A stretch of 64,000 bases of DNA from Oscillospiraceae bacterium (GCA_017439555.1 JAFSIZ010000007.1:8187-72186), one strand, 5' to 3'. Numbered from the stretch's first letter, positions 19,086-29,469 are shown. Translations and numbers: made by a program. The notes: generated by a model from the sequence alone, not told the origin.

Positions 19086-21719
19086 TTATGCCTTTGCTGC
19101 AACAAACTCACGTGCTGCGGAAAGCGCCGCATCGAGCTTTGAAACATCGTTTCCGCCTGCCATAGCGAAATCGGGCTTACCTCCGCCGTTTCCGCCTGCG
19201 GTCTTCGCTGTCTCACGCACCATATCGCCTGCTTTGATGCCGCGTGCTACGACATCCTTGCCACAGGTCGCTGTGAAGACTATCTTCTCACCGTTGACGC
19301 TTGCAAGAACAGCTGCAACGGATGCATCCATACCGCGGATCTCATCGCATATTGCGCGAAGGCCGTTGCCGTCTGCATTCTTGACAACCTTTGCGATGAA
19401 CTTTATTCCGTTTATATCCTCAGCCTCAGCGATATACTCAGCTGCATCAAGGCGCGCCATCTTGGAGCTCATTGCGGAAAGCTCTGCCTTCAGAGCCTTG
19501 ATTTCTTCTGTTGCGTTTCCTGCCTTGATTACAACTTCCTTTGGAGCTGACTTGAGAGCCTCTGCGACGGATGTAATTGTTCCTTCAAGCTCTGCAATCT
19601 TCTCGAGCACTGCAGTGCCGCAGATTGCTTCAATTCTTCTGACACCTGCAGCAACGCTTGATTCGCTTGTTATCTTGAATATACCTGCCTTTGCGGTGTT
19701 GTCGAGATGAGTTCCTCCGCAAAGCTCAAGTGAATAATCACCCATTGTTACGACGCGGACAGTGTCGCCGTATTTCTCGCCGAACAGAGCCATTGCGCCG
19801 AGCTTCTTTGCCTCATCGATCGGCATTTCACGCACAACAACCGGAAGTCCTGCAAGAATATTTGCATTGACCTCGCGCTCTACCTTTGCAATCTCCTCCG
19901 CTGTCATCTGCGAGAAATGAGCAAAGTCGAAACGGACGCTGTCAGGACCGACGAGAGAACCTGCCTGCTCAACGTGTGTTCCGAGCGTGTTGCGGAGCGC
20001 CTTCTGGAGAAGGTGTGTTGCAGAGTGAGCGCGCATAATCGCATCGCGGCGGCAGGAGCACACCTTCGCCTCGACCTTATCGCCCTTTGCAACGCTTCCT
20101 TCAATAACTTCACCGATATGGAGGAATTTTCCGTCCTTTGTCTTCTTGACATTGTTGATCTTGATCATTCCTGCTGCTGCGGTTATCTTACCTGTGTCCG
20201 CAAGCTGACCGCCGCTCTCTGCATAGAACGGAGTTCTGTCGAGAACGAGCTCAACCGAATCGCCTGCATTTGCAGACTCGACAACTGCACCGCCGGAAAC
20301 GAGAGCGAGGATCTTGCCTTCGCCGCAAAGTGTTTCATAGCCGATGAACTCTGTCTTGACGCTCTTATCAAGGCCGAGATCAAGCTTTTCCCAAGCAAAA
20401 TCACCGAGAGCTGCCTGAGCTGCGCGAGCGCGCTCTCTCTGCTCATTGAGACAAGCATCGAAGCGGTCGCGGTCAACAGACATTCCCTTCTCCTCGAGAA
20501 TCTCGAGAGTGAGGTCAATCGGGAATCCGAATGTATCCGCAAGCTTGAATGCATCATCGCCGGAGAGAACCTTCTCACCTGCTGCTTCAAGCTTTGCAAT
20601 CATATCTTCGAGGATGGAGAGACCTGCATCAATCGTTCTGTTGAAGCTCTCCTCCTCCATGCTGATAACCTTCTTGATATATTCTGCCTTCTCCGAAAGC
20701 TCGGGATATGCGCCGCAGCTTTCGTGGATAACCGTGTCACAGACCTCGTGGAGGAAGGTGCCCTTGATTCCGAGAAGTCTTCCGTGACGCGCCGCACGTC
20801 GGAGAAGACGGCGGAGAACATAGCCGCGGCCTTCGTTGGACGGCATAACACCGTCGCAGACCATCATCGTTGTTGAACGGATGTGGTCAGTTATGATGCG
20901 GAGAGAAACGTCTGTCTTGTCGCTCTCGCCATAATTTGCTTTCGCAATGCGCGAAATGTGCGCAGTAACATTCTTGACAGTATCGACATCGAAGAGCGAC
21001 GGAACGCCCTGCATAATGCAGGCAAGGCGCTCAAGGCCCATACCTGTGTCGATATTCTTCTGCTTAAGCTCTGTGTAGTTGTTGTTTCCGTCGTTGTTGA
21101 ACTGAGTAAAAACAAGGTTCCAGAACTCGACATATCTGTCGCAATCGCAGCCGACCTTACAGTCAGGCGAGCCGCAGCCGTTCTCCGGGCCACGGTCGAA
21201 ATAGATCTCGGAGCACGGGCCGCAAGGACCTGCACCGATCTCCCAGAAGTTGTCCTCTTTGCCGAGACGGACCATATGCGACGGATCAACACCGTGGTCA
21301 TTTACCCACATATTATATGTTTCATCGTCATCAAGATATACTGATACATAAAGCTTTTCCTTCGGAATCTCGAGAACCTCAGTAACAAACTCCCAAGCCC
21401 ACTTCGTTGCATCGGCCTTGAAATAGTCTCCAAAAGAGAAGTTGCCGAGCATTTCAAAGAATGTGCCGTGGCGCGAAGTCTTTCCGACGCGCTCGATATC
21501 CGGTGTGCGGATACATTTCTGGCAGGTTGTTACACGCGTTCTCGGCGGAGTTGCCTCTCCCGAGAAGAACGGCTTCATCGGCGCCATACCCGAGTTTATA
21601 AGCAGAAGCGAGTTGTCACCCTGCGGGAGCAGCGGAAAGCTTTTAAGGCGAAGATGCCCCTTGCTTTCAAAGAAAGAAAGATACTTTTCGCGGAGCTCGT
21701 TAAGACCCATATACTTCAT
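19086..21719 (-). CDS. alaS: Alanine--tRNA ligase
   Basis: 877 aa. Class II core (FFEMLGNFSFGDYFK), editing-domain HxxxH (HSATHLL), C-terminal DHHA1-like part. Confidence 0.97.
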   Translation of the reverse strand: MKYMGLNELREKYLSFFESKGHLRLKSFPLLPQGDNSLLLINSGMAPMKPFFSGEATPPRTRVTTCQKCIRTPDIERVGKTSRHGTFFEMLGNFSFGDYFKADATKWAWEFVTEVLEIPKEKLYVSVYLDDDETYNMWVNDHGVDPSHMVRLGKEDNFWEIGAGPCGPCSEIYFDRGPENGCGSPDCKVGCDCDRYVEFWNLVFTQFNNDGNNNYTELKQKNIDTGMGLERLACIMQGVPSLFDVDTVKNVTAHISRIAKANYGESDKTDVSLRIITDHIRSTTMMVCDGVMPSNEGRGYVLRRLLRRAARHGRLLGIKGTFLHEVCDTVIHESCGAYPELSEKAEYIKKVISMEEESFNRTIDAGLSILEDMIAKLEAAGEKVLSGDDAFKLADTFGFPIDLTLEILEEKGMSVDRDRFDACLNEQRERARAAQAALGDFAWEKLDLGLDKSVKTEFIGYETLCGEGKILALVSGGAVVESANAGDSVELVLDRTPFYAESGGQLADTGKITAAAGMIKINNVKKTKDGKFLHIGEVIEGSVAKGDKVEAKVCSCRRDAIMRAHSATHLLQKALRNTLGTHVEQAGSLVGPDSVRFDFAHFSQMTAEEIAKVEREVNANILAGLPVVVREMPIDEAKKLGAMALFGEKYGDTVRVVTMGDYSLELCGGTHLDNTAKAGIFKITSESSVAAGVRRIEAICGTAVLEKIAELEGTITSVAEALKSAPKEVVIKAGNATEEIKALKAELSAMSSKMARLDAAEYIAEAEDINGIKFIAKVVKNADGNGLRAICDEIRGMDASVAAVLASVNGEKIVFTATCGKDVVARGIKAGDMVRETAKTAGGNGGGKPDFAMAGGNDVSKLDAALSAAREFVAAKA

Positions 21720-21948
21720 TTACAAAAACCTCCGATTTATATATGCTTAATTTATTTATAAACGCAGTCATTATTATACAAATAACATTATACACCCATA
21801 ATGCGCCGAATGTCAAATAATATATGTAGCATATAATTTACTTTGCAGAAAACGCCCTTTCGTAATTTGAAACAATCTGTTAATTACTTGCAATCGCATA
21901 AAAAATAAAGTATAATTATGACATTACTTTTAGGAGAGTGTTTACAAT

Positions 21949-22794
21949 ATGAAAAAAAACATCGCTTTGATTCTTTGTATTATCCTTTCTCTTTCGCTTC
22001 TTGCTTCCTGCGGAGAATACAAAGAGCCGCCTGCTATCGGCTTTCTCACAGCAGGTCAGTTCACAGGCTATAAGCTCGGCACAGTTGCGGATATCGTACC
22101 TGTAAAGGTAATCACCGAAAGCATCGACTCACCCGAGGTTGTGAAGTTCTCTTCCGTTGAAGACGGGCTCGAGGCTCTTCGCAACAAGAAGATTCACGGT
22201 TTTGTCCTCCCGGCTGTCTATACAATAAATGAGACAGAGAAATCCGATGATTTCACACCGACCAAAATACCTTTCATCGACAAGCAGCTCCGCGCCATCT
22301 CTTTAAACGGCTTTGAATATTCCGTTCCTGTAGACGCTGCGCTGACAACCCTGCAGAACAACGGAACGGCAAGGAAAATAGCCGAAGCCTATTCCCCGTA
22401 TGCAGATGAAGCTTCGCCTTATACAAGGCCGGCAGAATATGACAAGCTGCCCGGAAGAACGATAACCGTCGGCATATGCAGCGATGATGCTTTCCCCTAT
22501 AACTATCACGATGCAGACGGAAAGCTCGTTGGTATAAACGTCGATGTTGCATATGAAATTGCAAAGGGAATCCACGCTGAGCTCGTTATAAAGGAATATC
22601 CCGAAGACAAGCTTATGGGTGCTCTTGATTCGGGCGAGGCAGACATAATCCTTTCACAGTTTTACGAAAGCGAGCAAGCTCCGCTCGATACGGATTATCT
22701 CTATTCCCACCCTTATTGCGATGCATCAACCCATATTCTCATCCGCTCGCTGTTTGCTGATTTATCGGATAAACAGGCAGCCAAGGCAGAATAA
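21949..22794 (+). CDS. Lipoprotein, family-3 solute-binding protein with apparently permuted lobe order
   Basis: Signal peptide plus lipobox LLASC. The C-terminal half (TITVGICSDDAFPYNYHDADGKLVGINVDVAYEIAK...DIILSQ) resembles the usual N-terminal lobe of SBP_bac_3. The N-terminal half resembles the usual C-terminal part. Confidence 0.6.
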   Translation: MKKNIALILCIILSLSLLASCGEYKEPPAIGFLTAGQFTGYKLGTVADIVPVKVITESIDSPEVVKFSSVEDGLEALRNKKIHGFVLPAVYTINETEKSDDFTPTKIPFIDKQLRAISLNGFEYSVPVDAALTTLQNNGTARKIAEAYSPYADEASPYTRPAEYDKLPGRTITVGICSDDAFPYNYHDADGKLVGINVDVAYEIAKGIHAELVIKEYPEDKLMGALDSGEADIILSQFYESEQAPLDTDYLYSHPYCDASTHILIRSLFADLSDKQAAKAE

Positions 22795-22804
22795 TAATAA
22801 CAGA

Positions 22805-22845
22805 AAAAATCCGTCAGACACCTTTCGTGTCTGACGGATTTCTAT
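22805..22845. terminator. Bidirectional intrinsic terminator
   Basis: aaatccgtcagacac / gtgtctgacggattt stem between convergent genes. Confidence 0.8.
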
Positions 22846-22852
22846 TATCAGC

Positions 22853-23767
22853 TTATTTCCCGAGCTTTTCGCGATAATAGTCCATCGTGAGCCTGACGCC
22901 CTCTGCAAGAGAGAATTGCGGCTCATAGCCGAGTATTGTCCTGAGCTTTGTGTTATCGAGATAGCTATGGAGAATGTCACCGGCTCTTGCGTCTCTGTAT
23001 TCTGCCTTCACTTTTCCGCCTGACATAATATCGACAAGCTCGTTGACCGTCGTCTTCTTGCAGGTAGAAACATTGATAATCTCATTATCGCCCTTTGTAA
23101 GAGCCGCAAGGTTTGCACCTGCGATATCCCCGACATAGACGAAATCGCGCGTCTGCTCTCCGTCGCCGAATATTATCGGTGTCTCGCCGCGGAGAAGCTT
23201 GTCTGTGAAGATTGAAACAACGCCGCCCTCACCCTTTGGATCCTGACGCACTCCAAATACGTTTGCATAGCGCAAAATCGTATATTTGAAGCCATACATA
23301 TCTGAGAATGTCTTTATATAATATTCCGGTGTGAATTTTGAGATTCCGTAGAATGACATCGGTGCCTTCGGGTGATTCTCGTCAACCGGGAGGTATTCGG
23401 GATTGCCGTAAACTGCGGCGCTTGATGCATAGATTATCTTCTTAACACCAAAATCGCGCACCGCCTCAAGCACCTTTACTGTGCCGACAACATTTGTCTC
23501 TGCATCAAAAGCAGAATCCTTGATGGATTTCTGGATATCAATCTGTGCTGCTTCGTGGTAGATTACCTCGGGAGCAAACTCCTCTACTGCCGCACGAAAC
23601 TCCCCACTTCTTATATCAACCTCATAGAACTTTGCCGCAGGGTTCAGATTTGCGATGTTGCCTGTTGAGAGATTATCTGCCACAGCCACTGTATGTCCGA
23701 GAGCAACGAGCCCATCAACGATATGGGAGCCGATAAAACCGCAACCGCCTGTTACCAATACTTTCAT
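22853..23767 (-). CDS. NAD-dependent sugar epimerase/dehydratase (GalE-like)
   Basis: MKVLVTGGCGFIGSH Rossmann motif and YGISK (YxxxK). 304 aa. Confidence 0.85.
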   Translation of the reverse strand: MKVLVTGGCGFIGSHIVDGLVALGHTVAVADNLSTGNIANLNPAAKFYEVDIRSGEFRAAVEEFAPEVIYHEAAQIDIQKSIKDSAFDAETNVVGTVKVLEAVRDFGVKKIIYASSAAVYGNPEYLPVDENHPKAPMSFYGISKFTPEYYIKTFSDMYGFKYTILRYANVFGVRQDPKGEGGVVSIFTDKLLRGETPIIFGDGEQTRDFVYVGDIAGANLAALTKGDNEIINVSTCKKTTVNELVDIMSGGKVKAEYRDARAGDILHSYLDNTKLRTILGYEPQFSLAEGVRLTMDYYREKLGK

Positions 23768-23782
23768 ATATTACACCTTCCT

Positions 23783-25189
23783 TTATATTTTGAGGAAATC
23801 ACGCATTGTCTTTATCATCTTGTCTGCGTGTTCTTTGCTTTCCATCTCGCAGAATATGCGGATGAGCGGCTCTGTGCCCGAGAAACGGGCTATTATCCAG
23901 CCGCCGTTTTCAAACGTCACCTTGACTCCGTCTGCGCGGCTGACCTTTGCAACGGGAACGTCAAATTCCGGAAGCGCTTCCTCTTCATAGAGAACGCGGC
24001 GCATCTCTTCCTTCTTCTCCTCGGAGAACTTTGTGTCAAACTCAAGCATCTGCATATATCCATATTTTTCATAGATCTCAGCGAGCATATCCGAAAGGTG
24101 CTTGCCCGTTATGCAGATCATCTCGACAAGAAGGCTTGATGCAAATATTCCGTCTTTACCCTTTATATGTCCGCGGATTGTGAGACCGCCCGAGGACTCG
24201 CCGCCAAGGAGCGCATCTGTCTTTTCCATCATTCCGCTTATGTGCTTGAAGCCGACAGGGACTTCATGGCACTTCTGCCCGAAATCCTCTGCAATTCTGT
24301 CGAGAATACAGGTTGTTGCAACGTTTCTGACGACATCGCCTCTCCAGCCCTTATATTTGAGGAGGTAATAATAGAGGAGCATCATAATCTCATTCGGATG
24401 AACGAATTTTCCGTTCTCATCGATTATACCGATACGGTCAGCGTCGCCGTCCGTTCCGATTCCGAGGTCATATTTTTCCTCAACAACCATATTGGAAAGC
24501 TTTGCAAGAGTATGCGCCGACGGAGACGGAAGTCTTCCTCCGAAGAGCGTGTCGTGGCGCTCGTTTATCGTGTCAACATCGCAACGCGCTGTCATAAGAA
24601 TTGTCTGGAGCGCTGTCTTTGAAACGCCGAACATCGGGTCGAGAAGAACGCGCATATTGCATTTTCGTATCGCATCCATATTGATCATTCCGATGATGCT
24701 GTCTATGTATGAATTATAGAGATCGGCAATCTTGATTATGCCTGCTTCCTTTCCCTTTTCAAAATCCATACACTTGACATCGACGCCTTTTTCAATGCGC
24801 TTTTCAAAGCCCTGAGTGATTGAAATATCTGCGTCTCTTCCGCCCTCAGTAAAGACTTTTATGCCGTTGTATTCAGCAGGGTTGTGGCTTGCCGTGATTG
24901 CCATACCGTATGGCGTTCCGAGGCTCTTTACACCATACATAACGAGCGGTGTCGGCGCAATTCTGTCAACAAAATGAACGGTTACGCCATTTCCTGCAAA
25001 AACCTCTGCAACCCACTGTGCAGCAAAATCAGAGAGAAAACGGCGGTCATAGCCGATGACTATACCTTTTTTCTCTGCACCCTTTTCAATTATGTCATCC
25101 GCGACTGCCTGCGCAAGAGAAACGATGTTTGCTTTTATAAACTCATCGCCGATTATTGCGCGCCAGCCGCCTGTTCCGAATTTGATCAT
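23783..25189 (-). CDS. Phosphoglucomutase/phosphomannomutase family protein
   Basis: Active-site ITASHNPAEYNGIK and metal loop GTDGDADR. 468 aa. Confidence 0.88.
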   Translation of the reverse strand: MIKFGTGGWRAIIGDEFIKANIVSLAQAVADDIIEKGAEKKGIVIGYDRRFLSDFAAQWVAEVFAGNGVTVHFVDRIAPTPLVMYGVKSLGTPYGMAITASHNPAEYNGIKVFTEGGRDADISITQGFEKRIEKGVDVKCMDFEKGKEAGIIKIADLYNSYIDSIIGMINMDAIRKCNMRVLLDPMFGVSKTALQTILMTARCDVDTINERHDTLFGGRLPSPSAHTLAKLSNMVVEEKYDLGIGTDGDADRIGIIDENGKFVHPNEIMMLLYYYLLKYKGWRGDVVRNVATTCILDRIAEDFGQKCHEVPVGFKHISGMMEKTDALLGGESSGGLTIRGHIKGKDGIFASSLLVEMICITGKHLSDMLAEIYEKYGYMQMLEFDTKFSEEKKEEMRRVLYEEEALPEFDVPVAKVSRADGVKVTFENGGWIIARFSGTEPLIRIFCEMESKEHADKMIKTMRDFLKI

Positions 25190-25211
25190 TGTATATGTAC
25201 CTCCAAGAAAA

Positions 25212-26327
25212 TTAATCGCATCTTACACCTGTGTCCTGAACGAGGACCTTGCCGGGATAGCCGAGCTTTCCGACAGCCTCGATAATGCTCTCTGCCTTGT
25301 CGCGCGGAGCATATACATAGCAGCAGCCACCGCCGCCCGAGCCGTTTATCTTTCCGCCGTATGCACCATTTGCCATCGCGCAATCGAGAATCTTCTCAAT
25401 CGTTGCCGTTGAGATTCCAAGACCGTCGCGCAGGTTTATGTGGTGCGCATATATAAGCTTTCCAAGCTCTTCGTCTATATCGCCTTCTGATTTGAGCAAC
25501 TCTATTCCCTTCTTGAGAATTTTATAGTTGTCGATATTTGTGAGCACCTTCTTGCGGCGGAAATCATCGAGCTTGTCAACGAGCGAAATATCAGCGCCGC
25601 CGAATGCGAGATGCTCAATTCCCTCAACGCCGTATTCCTTGAGCATTTCAAGGCCTTCAAGTGTCGGGATCTTTGATGCAGCAAGAACCTTGAGAGTGTC
25701 CTTTCGCTCAAGCGAATCAAAAAGGATAAACGCACCCGGAAGAGATCTCTCTATCGGAAATGCCTCTGTTCCGCTCTTGAACTTGAGATTTACAAGGCCG
25801 CCAAGCGCGGATGCATAGTGGTCCATCATTCCGCCGGGATGGCCGAATTCAGCAACCTCGGACTCAAACGCAAGGTGAGCAATCTTATAAGGATCCTTCG
25901 CATCGGGGTGACCGATTCCCTCAAGAAGCGCCTTGATGATTGCGACAACCATTGTGCTTGATGAGCACATTCCTTTGCCTATCGGGATTTCCGAATCCAT
26001 CTTGATATCAGAGCCGCGAAGCGGATATCCCTTTTTGAGAAGCACATTGATTGTGCTGCGCATAAAGTCCTCATCGCTGTCATAGACAATTTCCTTTGAA
26101 ATATCTGTCAGATATTCCTGATACAATCCCTCTGTGTTCTCGACATTGAGCGCATCGAGCTTCTCATCACGGATCTTTATTCTGATAATGCTGTCCTCAC
26201 GCGGAGTTACCTCTGCAGAAAAGCGAAGGTTTATTGCAACCGCAACAACCTCAAGGCCGAGATAATCCTGATGCTCTCCGAAAAGGCAGAGTCTTGACGG
26301 GTTGGATATTTTTATTGCTCCACTCAT
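25212..26327 (-). CDS. GHMP-family sugar kinase (galactokinase-like)
   Basis: RLCLFGEHQDY N-terminal motif and GHMP motif II PIGKGMCSSS. 371 aa. Confidence 0.75.
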   Translation of the reverse strand: MSGAIKISNPSRLCLFGEHQDYLGLEVVAVAINLRFSAEVTPREDSIIRIKIRDEKLDALNVENTEGLYQEYLTDISKEIVYDSDEDFMRSTINVLLKKGYPLRGSDIKMDSEIPIGKGMCSSSTMVVAIIKALLEGIGHPDAKDPYKIAHLAFESEVAEFGHPGGMMDHYASALGGLVNLKFKSGTEAFPIERSLPGAFILFDSLERKDTLKVLAASKIPTLEGLEMLKEYGVEGIEHLAFGGADISLVDKLDDFRRKKVLTNIDNYKILKKGIELLKSEGDIDEELGKLIYAHHINLRDGLGISTATIEKILDCAMANGAYGGKINGSGGGGCCYVYAPRDKAESIIEAVGKLGYPGKVLVQDTGVRCD

Positions 26328-26457
26328 TTTTACATTCTCCTCTTGCGAAAAATGCTTTATTTGTGTATATTATAAATAACGATGTGCAATTTGTCTTTAT
26401 ATTATGTGCTGTTCAATTTGCACTTTCGGACAATTCTGTTTTTCAGGTGATTTTATT

Positions 26458-27327
26458 ATGGAAGAATTCATCCCCACACCACTAGCGCAAGAGCTTGATG
26501 TAACACACATAGTCACACTCCACGATTTCAACTATACCCCGGATTTTCTCTTCACGGGAGAAAGCCACAATTTCTGGGAGCTTGCATTCATACGGCGCGG
26601 CTCCGTCGGCGTTATGGCAGGAAGCACGGGTTACACACTCGGCAGCGGCGAGGCGATTTTTCACAGTCCCAACGAATATCACAACATATGGGCAAACGGT
26701 GCATCTGCCGAGGTTATCATCATCTCTTTTGTCTGCAGCTCGCCGTGTATGCGTTTTTTTGAAAAGCGTATGCTCACGCTGTCCCCCGAAGAGATTGAGA
26801 TAGTCGAAAAGCTTCTTTCTCTCGGAAGCCGGACCTTCACGGATCCGCCTGACATTCTCTATCAGAAAAAGCTCAACATCCGCCCCAATGCAAAAAGCAG
26901 CAACCTGCAGCTTTTGAAGCTTTATCTCGAAGAGCTTCTCATCAGCCTTATGCAGAATGCAGAAATCATCGACAGAATGGAGAGAAAAAGCGAATCTGCC
27001 GGGACACGCAACGATAGGCTCATAACGGATTCCATAATAAAAACACTCACGGAGCATATATACGGAAACACAACACTTGACGAGGTATGTGCAGGTGTTC
27101 TCTTCAGCAAAAGCCACCTGAAAACTCTGTTCAAAAAGAACACAGGCTATTCGATTATGGACTATTACACACATCTCAAAATCGAACGCGCCAAAATTCT
27201 TATAAAGGAAGGCGAGCTTTCGATATCGGATATCGCCGAGCTTCTCGGTTATGCTTCAATTCATTATTTCTCGCGTGTTTTTAAGCTCAAGGTCGGAATG
27301 TCGCCGACAGAATATAAAAAATCGTAG
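26458..27327 (+). CDS. AraC family transcriptional regulator (cupin-like sensor + double HTH)
   Basis: C-terminal ISDIAELLGYASIHYFSRVFKLKVGMSPTEYKK. ATG 26458 preferred over the track's upstream start. Confidence 0.8.
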   Translation: MEEFIPTPLAQELDVTHIVTLHDFNYTPDFLFTGESHNFWELAFIRRGSVGVMAGSTGYTLGSGEAIFHSPNEYHNIWANGASAEVIIISFVCSSPCMRFFEKRMLTLSPEEIEIVEKLLSLGSRTFTDPPDILYQKKLNIRPNAKSSNLQLLKLYLEELLISLMQNAEIIDRMERKSESAGTRNDRLITDSIIKTLTEHIYGNTTLDEVCAGVLFSKSHLKTLFKKNTGYSIMDYYTHLKIERAKILIKEGELSISDIAELLGYASIHYFSRVFKLKVGMSPTEYKKS

Positions 27328-27422
27328 AATATCTTAAATGACACCTATCAAAAAGGAAGAATTCAACTTTCACTTCTGCTATTATATAATCAGAAAAATA
27401 TAAAACGAAAGGATTTTGCAAT

Positions 27423-29444
27423 ATGAAGCCGGATAACACATTTACCGTCCTCGGCAGCAAGCCGAAGGAATATTTCAATCTCATTCCGCAGACAGGTGTA
27501 ACGCACCTTCTCTGTGAGGATTTCCCGACACACAATGCTGTCTGGGATATGGCAATCAGCCCTGAGGGAAGAATCTTCTTCTCTGCCTGCGGCGAAAGCT
27601 ATGTCGCAGAATATGCACGCCTGATGGAATATGACCGCGAGAACAAGAAGATCATCCATCATTTCAACCTTGAGGATAAAATCATTCTCCGCGATTATGC
27701 CCTCCGCACCTCAAAATTCCACACGGCAATCTCCTTTATGAATGACGGCAGAATCATCACGACAACTCACACAACCTCGCCATCTCCGCTCCACCCGACC
27801 TGGATGCCCTATGAATATGCAAACCATCAGTGGGAAGGCTACCCGGGCTCCGATATTCTCATTATCGATCTTGAGAAGGGCACGGTTGAAAACAAGGGAA
27901 CAATCTCACCCTATGACACAACATACGGCGGAATCTATTGTCCGCGTTCAAATGAATATTTCTGCACAACCTGGATGCGCGGCACGGGATATGTCTATGA
28001 GGTTGACACAGGTCGTGTACGTTGCCTCGGTCAGGTTTCCGACACGGCAACAAGCCGCACCTTCCTCCTCTCAGACGGGCACGTCTATGGCTCTACCTAC
28101 ACAGGCAAGCTCTTCCGCTATAACACAATCAAACGCGAGCTTGAATATCTCGACGCTGATATCGGCGCTCTTATGCGCCACGCAAGAGAGCGCGACGGCA
28201 TTCTCTACATAACAACAGGCCCCTGCTCTGTTGACGGAAGAGGTCAGATGCTCTATGCCTACAATCTCGAAACAGGCGAGGTCAAGGAGATCGGCAGACC
28301 CGTTCCGAAGATCGACTGCACAAACGGCCAGGATATGACCTTCTATAACGCTTACGGCATGGACTTTGACAGCAAGGGCAGGCTCTGGTATGGCTGCATG
28401 ACCTTCACAAAACAGCTCAAGTATTGCGGCGCAAGGCTTTATATGTGGGATTTCCTCAACGGAAAAGAGCCGGTTGACCTCGGCTTCCTCGGTTCAAAGA
28501 CAAGAACTCTCTCCATCCCGGCAGAGCTTAACATCGTTGACGATGTCATCTTCATCTCCGACGGCAACCATATGAGCGACAAGGAGCTCTATTGCGGAAT
28601 TATGGCAATCGACCTCAAGGAATTTGAGCCCGCTCTCGCAACAGAGGAGCGTATTCCCTCCCACGACTATGTAAACTACATTCCCTTCCCGGCAGAATGC
28701 GCAGAGTATTATCCGCTCGACGATTATGAGGAGAACTGGAACAAGTTCTATACAAAATATCAGTTTGAGCTCAAGATGCGCAAATTCAAGGAAGACAACT
28801 TCTACAGCACACGAGTCCCCGAAGTCCGTGCAATCAGCTATTGGGAAAAGACAGGCCGTGAGAACACACGTGTCAACAAGATTGAATGGAACGGAAACGA
28901 TGCGCTTTCAATCTATTGCGGAACAGAAAAGACCTTCAGAATCGACGTCAGCCTCTCCGATATGTCAAAGACAATTTCCGAGCACGAAGCTGTCTCGGCA
29001 AACGAGCTCAAAGCGGAAGTCAGCGCAGATGCAAAGCTTCCCTTTATGCCCGGCAGGCAGTATCTTGCAACGCCGAATGCATCGGTCAAGATGGCAGACG
29101 GCTCTGTCATCGTCGGAACACTCGATATGATGCTTGCAAAGATAAACGGCGATAAGGTCTATAACATCGGCGCGGCAACAACCTGCGGCAAGGTCCGCTC
29201 GCTCGTTGATGCAAACGGAACGGTCTACGGTATCGCAGGCTATGACAAGGGCGCTTGCAATCTCTTCCGCTATAATGTCGAGACAGGCATTGAACAGCTC
29301 GGCAACATCCCGACTGCATTTGCGGATAACGGCAGAAACGTCTGCATTTTCAATGCAACAACGATGGAAATCAGCCCCGACGGAACACATATCGCAATCG
29401 GCGGCGCAGATGAGCTCTCGGGCGTTGTCGTCATAAAGCTTTAA
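27423..29444 (+). CDS. Hypothetical 673-aa cytoplasmic protein, beta-propeller-like repeats
   Basis: Long uninterrupted ORF with no signal peptide. Recurrent short strand-like motifs (DGRIFFS, DGHVYGS, DGILYIT, NGTVYGIAG, DGTHIAIGG). No family recognised. Confidence 0.6.
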   Translation: MKPDNTFTVLGSKPKEYFNLIPQTGVTHLLCEDFPTHNAVWDMAISPEGRIFFSACGESYVAEYARLMEYDRENKKIIHHFNLEDKIILRDYALRTSKFHTAISFMNDGRIITTTHTTSPSPLHPTWMPYEYANHQWEGYPGSDILIIDLEKGTVENKGTISPYDTTYGGIYCPRSNEYFCTTWMRGTGYVYEVDTGRVRCLGQVSDTATSRTFLLSDGHVYGSTYTGKLFRYNTIKRELEYLDADIGALMRHARERDGILYITTGPCSVDGRGQMLYAYNLETGEVKEIGRPVPKIDCTNGQDMTFYNAYGMDFDSKGRLWYGCMTFTKQLKYCGARLYMWDFLNGKEPVDLGFLGSKTRTLSIPAELNIVDDVIFISDGNHMSDKELYCGIMAIDLKEFEPALATEERIPSHDYVNYIPFPAECAEYYPLDDYEENWNKFYTKYQFELKMRKFKEDNFYSTRVPEVRAISYWEKTGRENTRVNKIEWNGNDALSIYCGTEKTFRIDVSLSDMSKTISEHEAVSANELKAEVSADAKLPFMPGRQYLATPNASVKMADGSVIVGTLDMMLAKINGDKVYNIGAATTCGKVRSLVDANGTVYGIAGYDKGACNLFRYNVETGIEQLGNIPTAFADNGRNVCIFNATTMEISPDGTHIAIGGADELSGVVVIKL

Positions 29445-29469
29445 CAAAAAACACGTAATATTCATTATA

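Noticed and set aside
21720-21948. Possible T-box leader upstream of alaS
   Set aside because: The 229-nt region is AT-rich and divergent-promoter-like. I found no specifier/AGAGA-type elements and no T-box core (GGTGGTACCGCG-like) on the minus strand.
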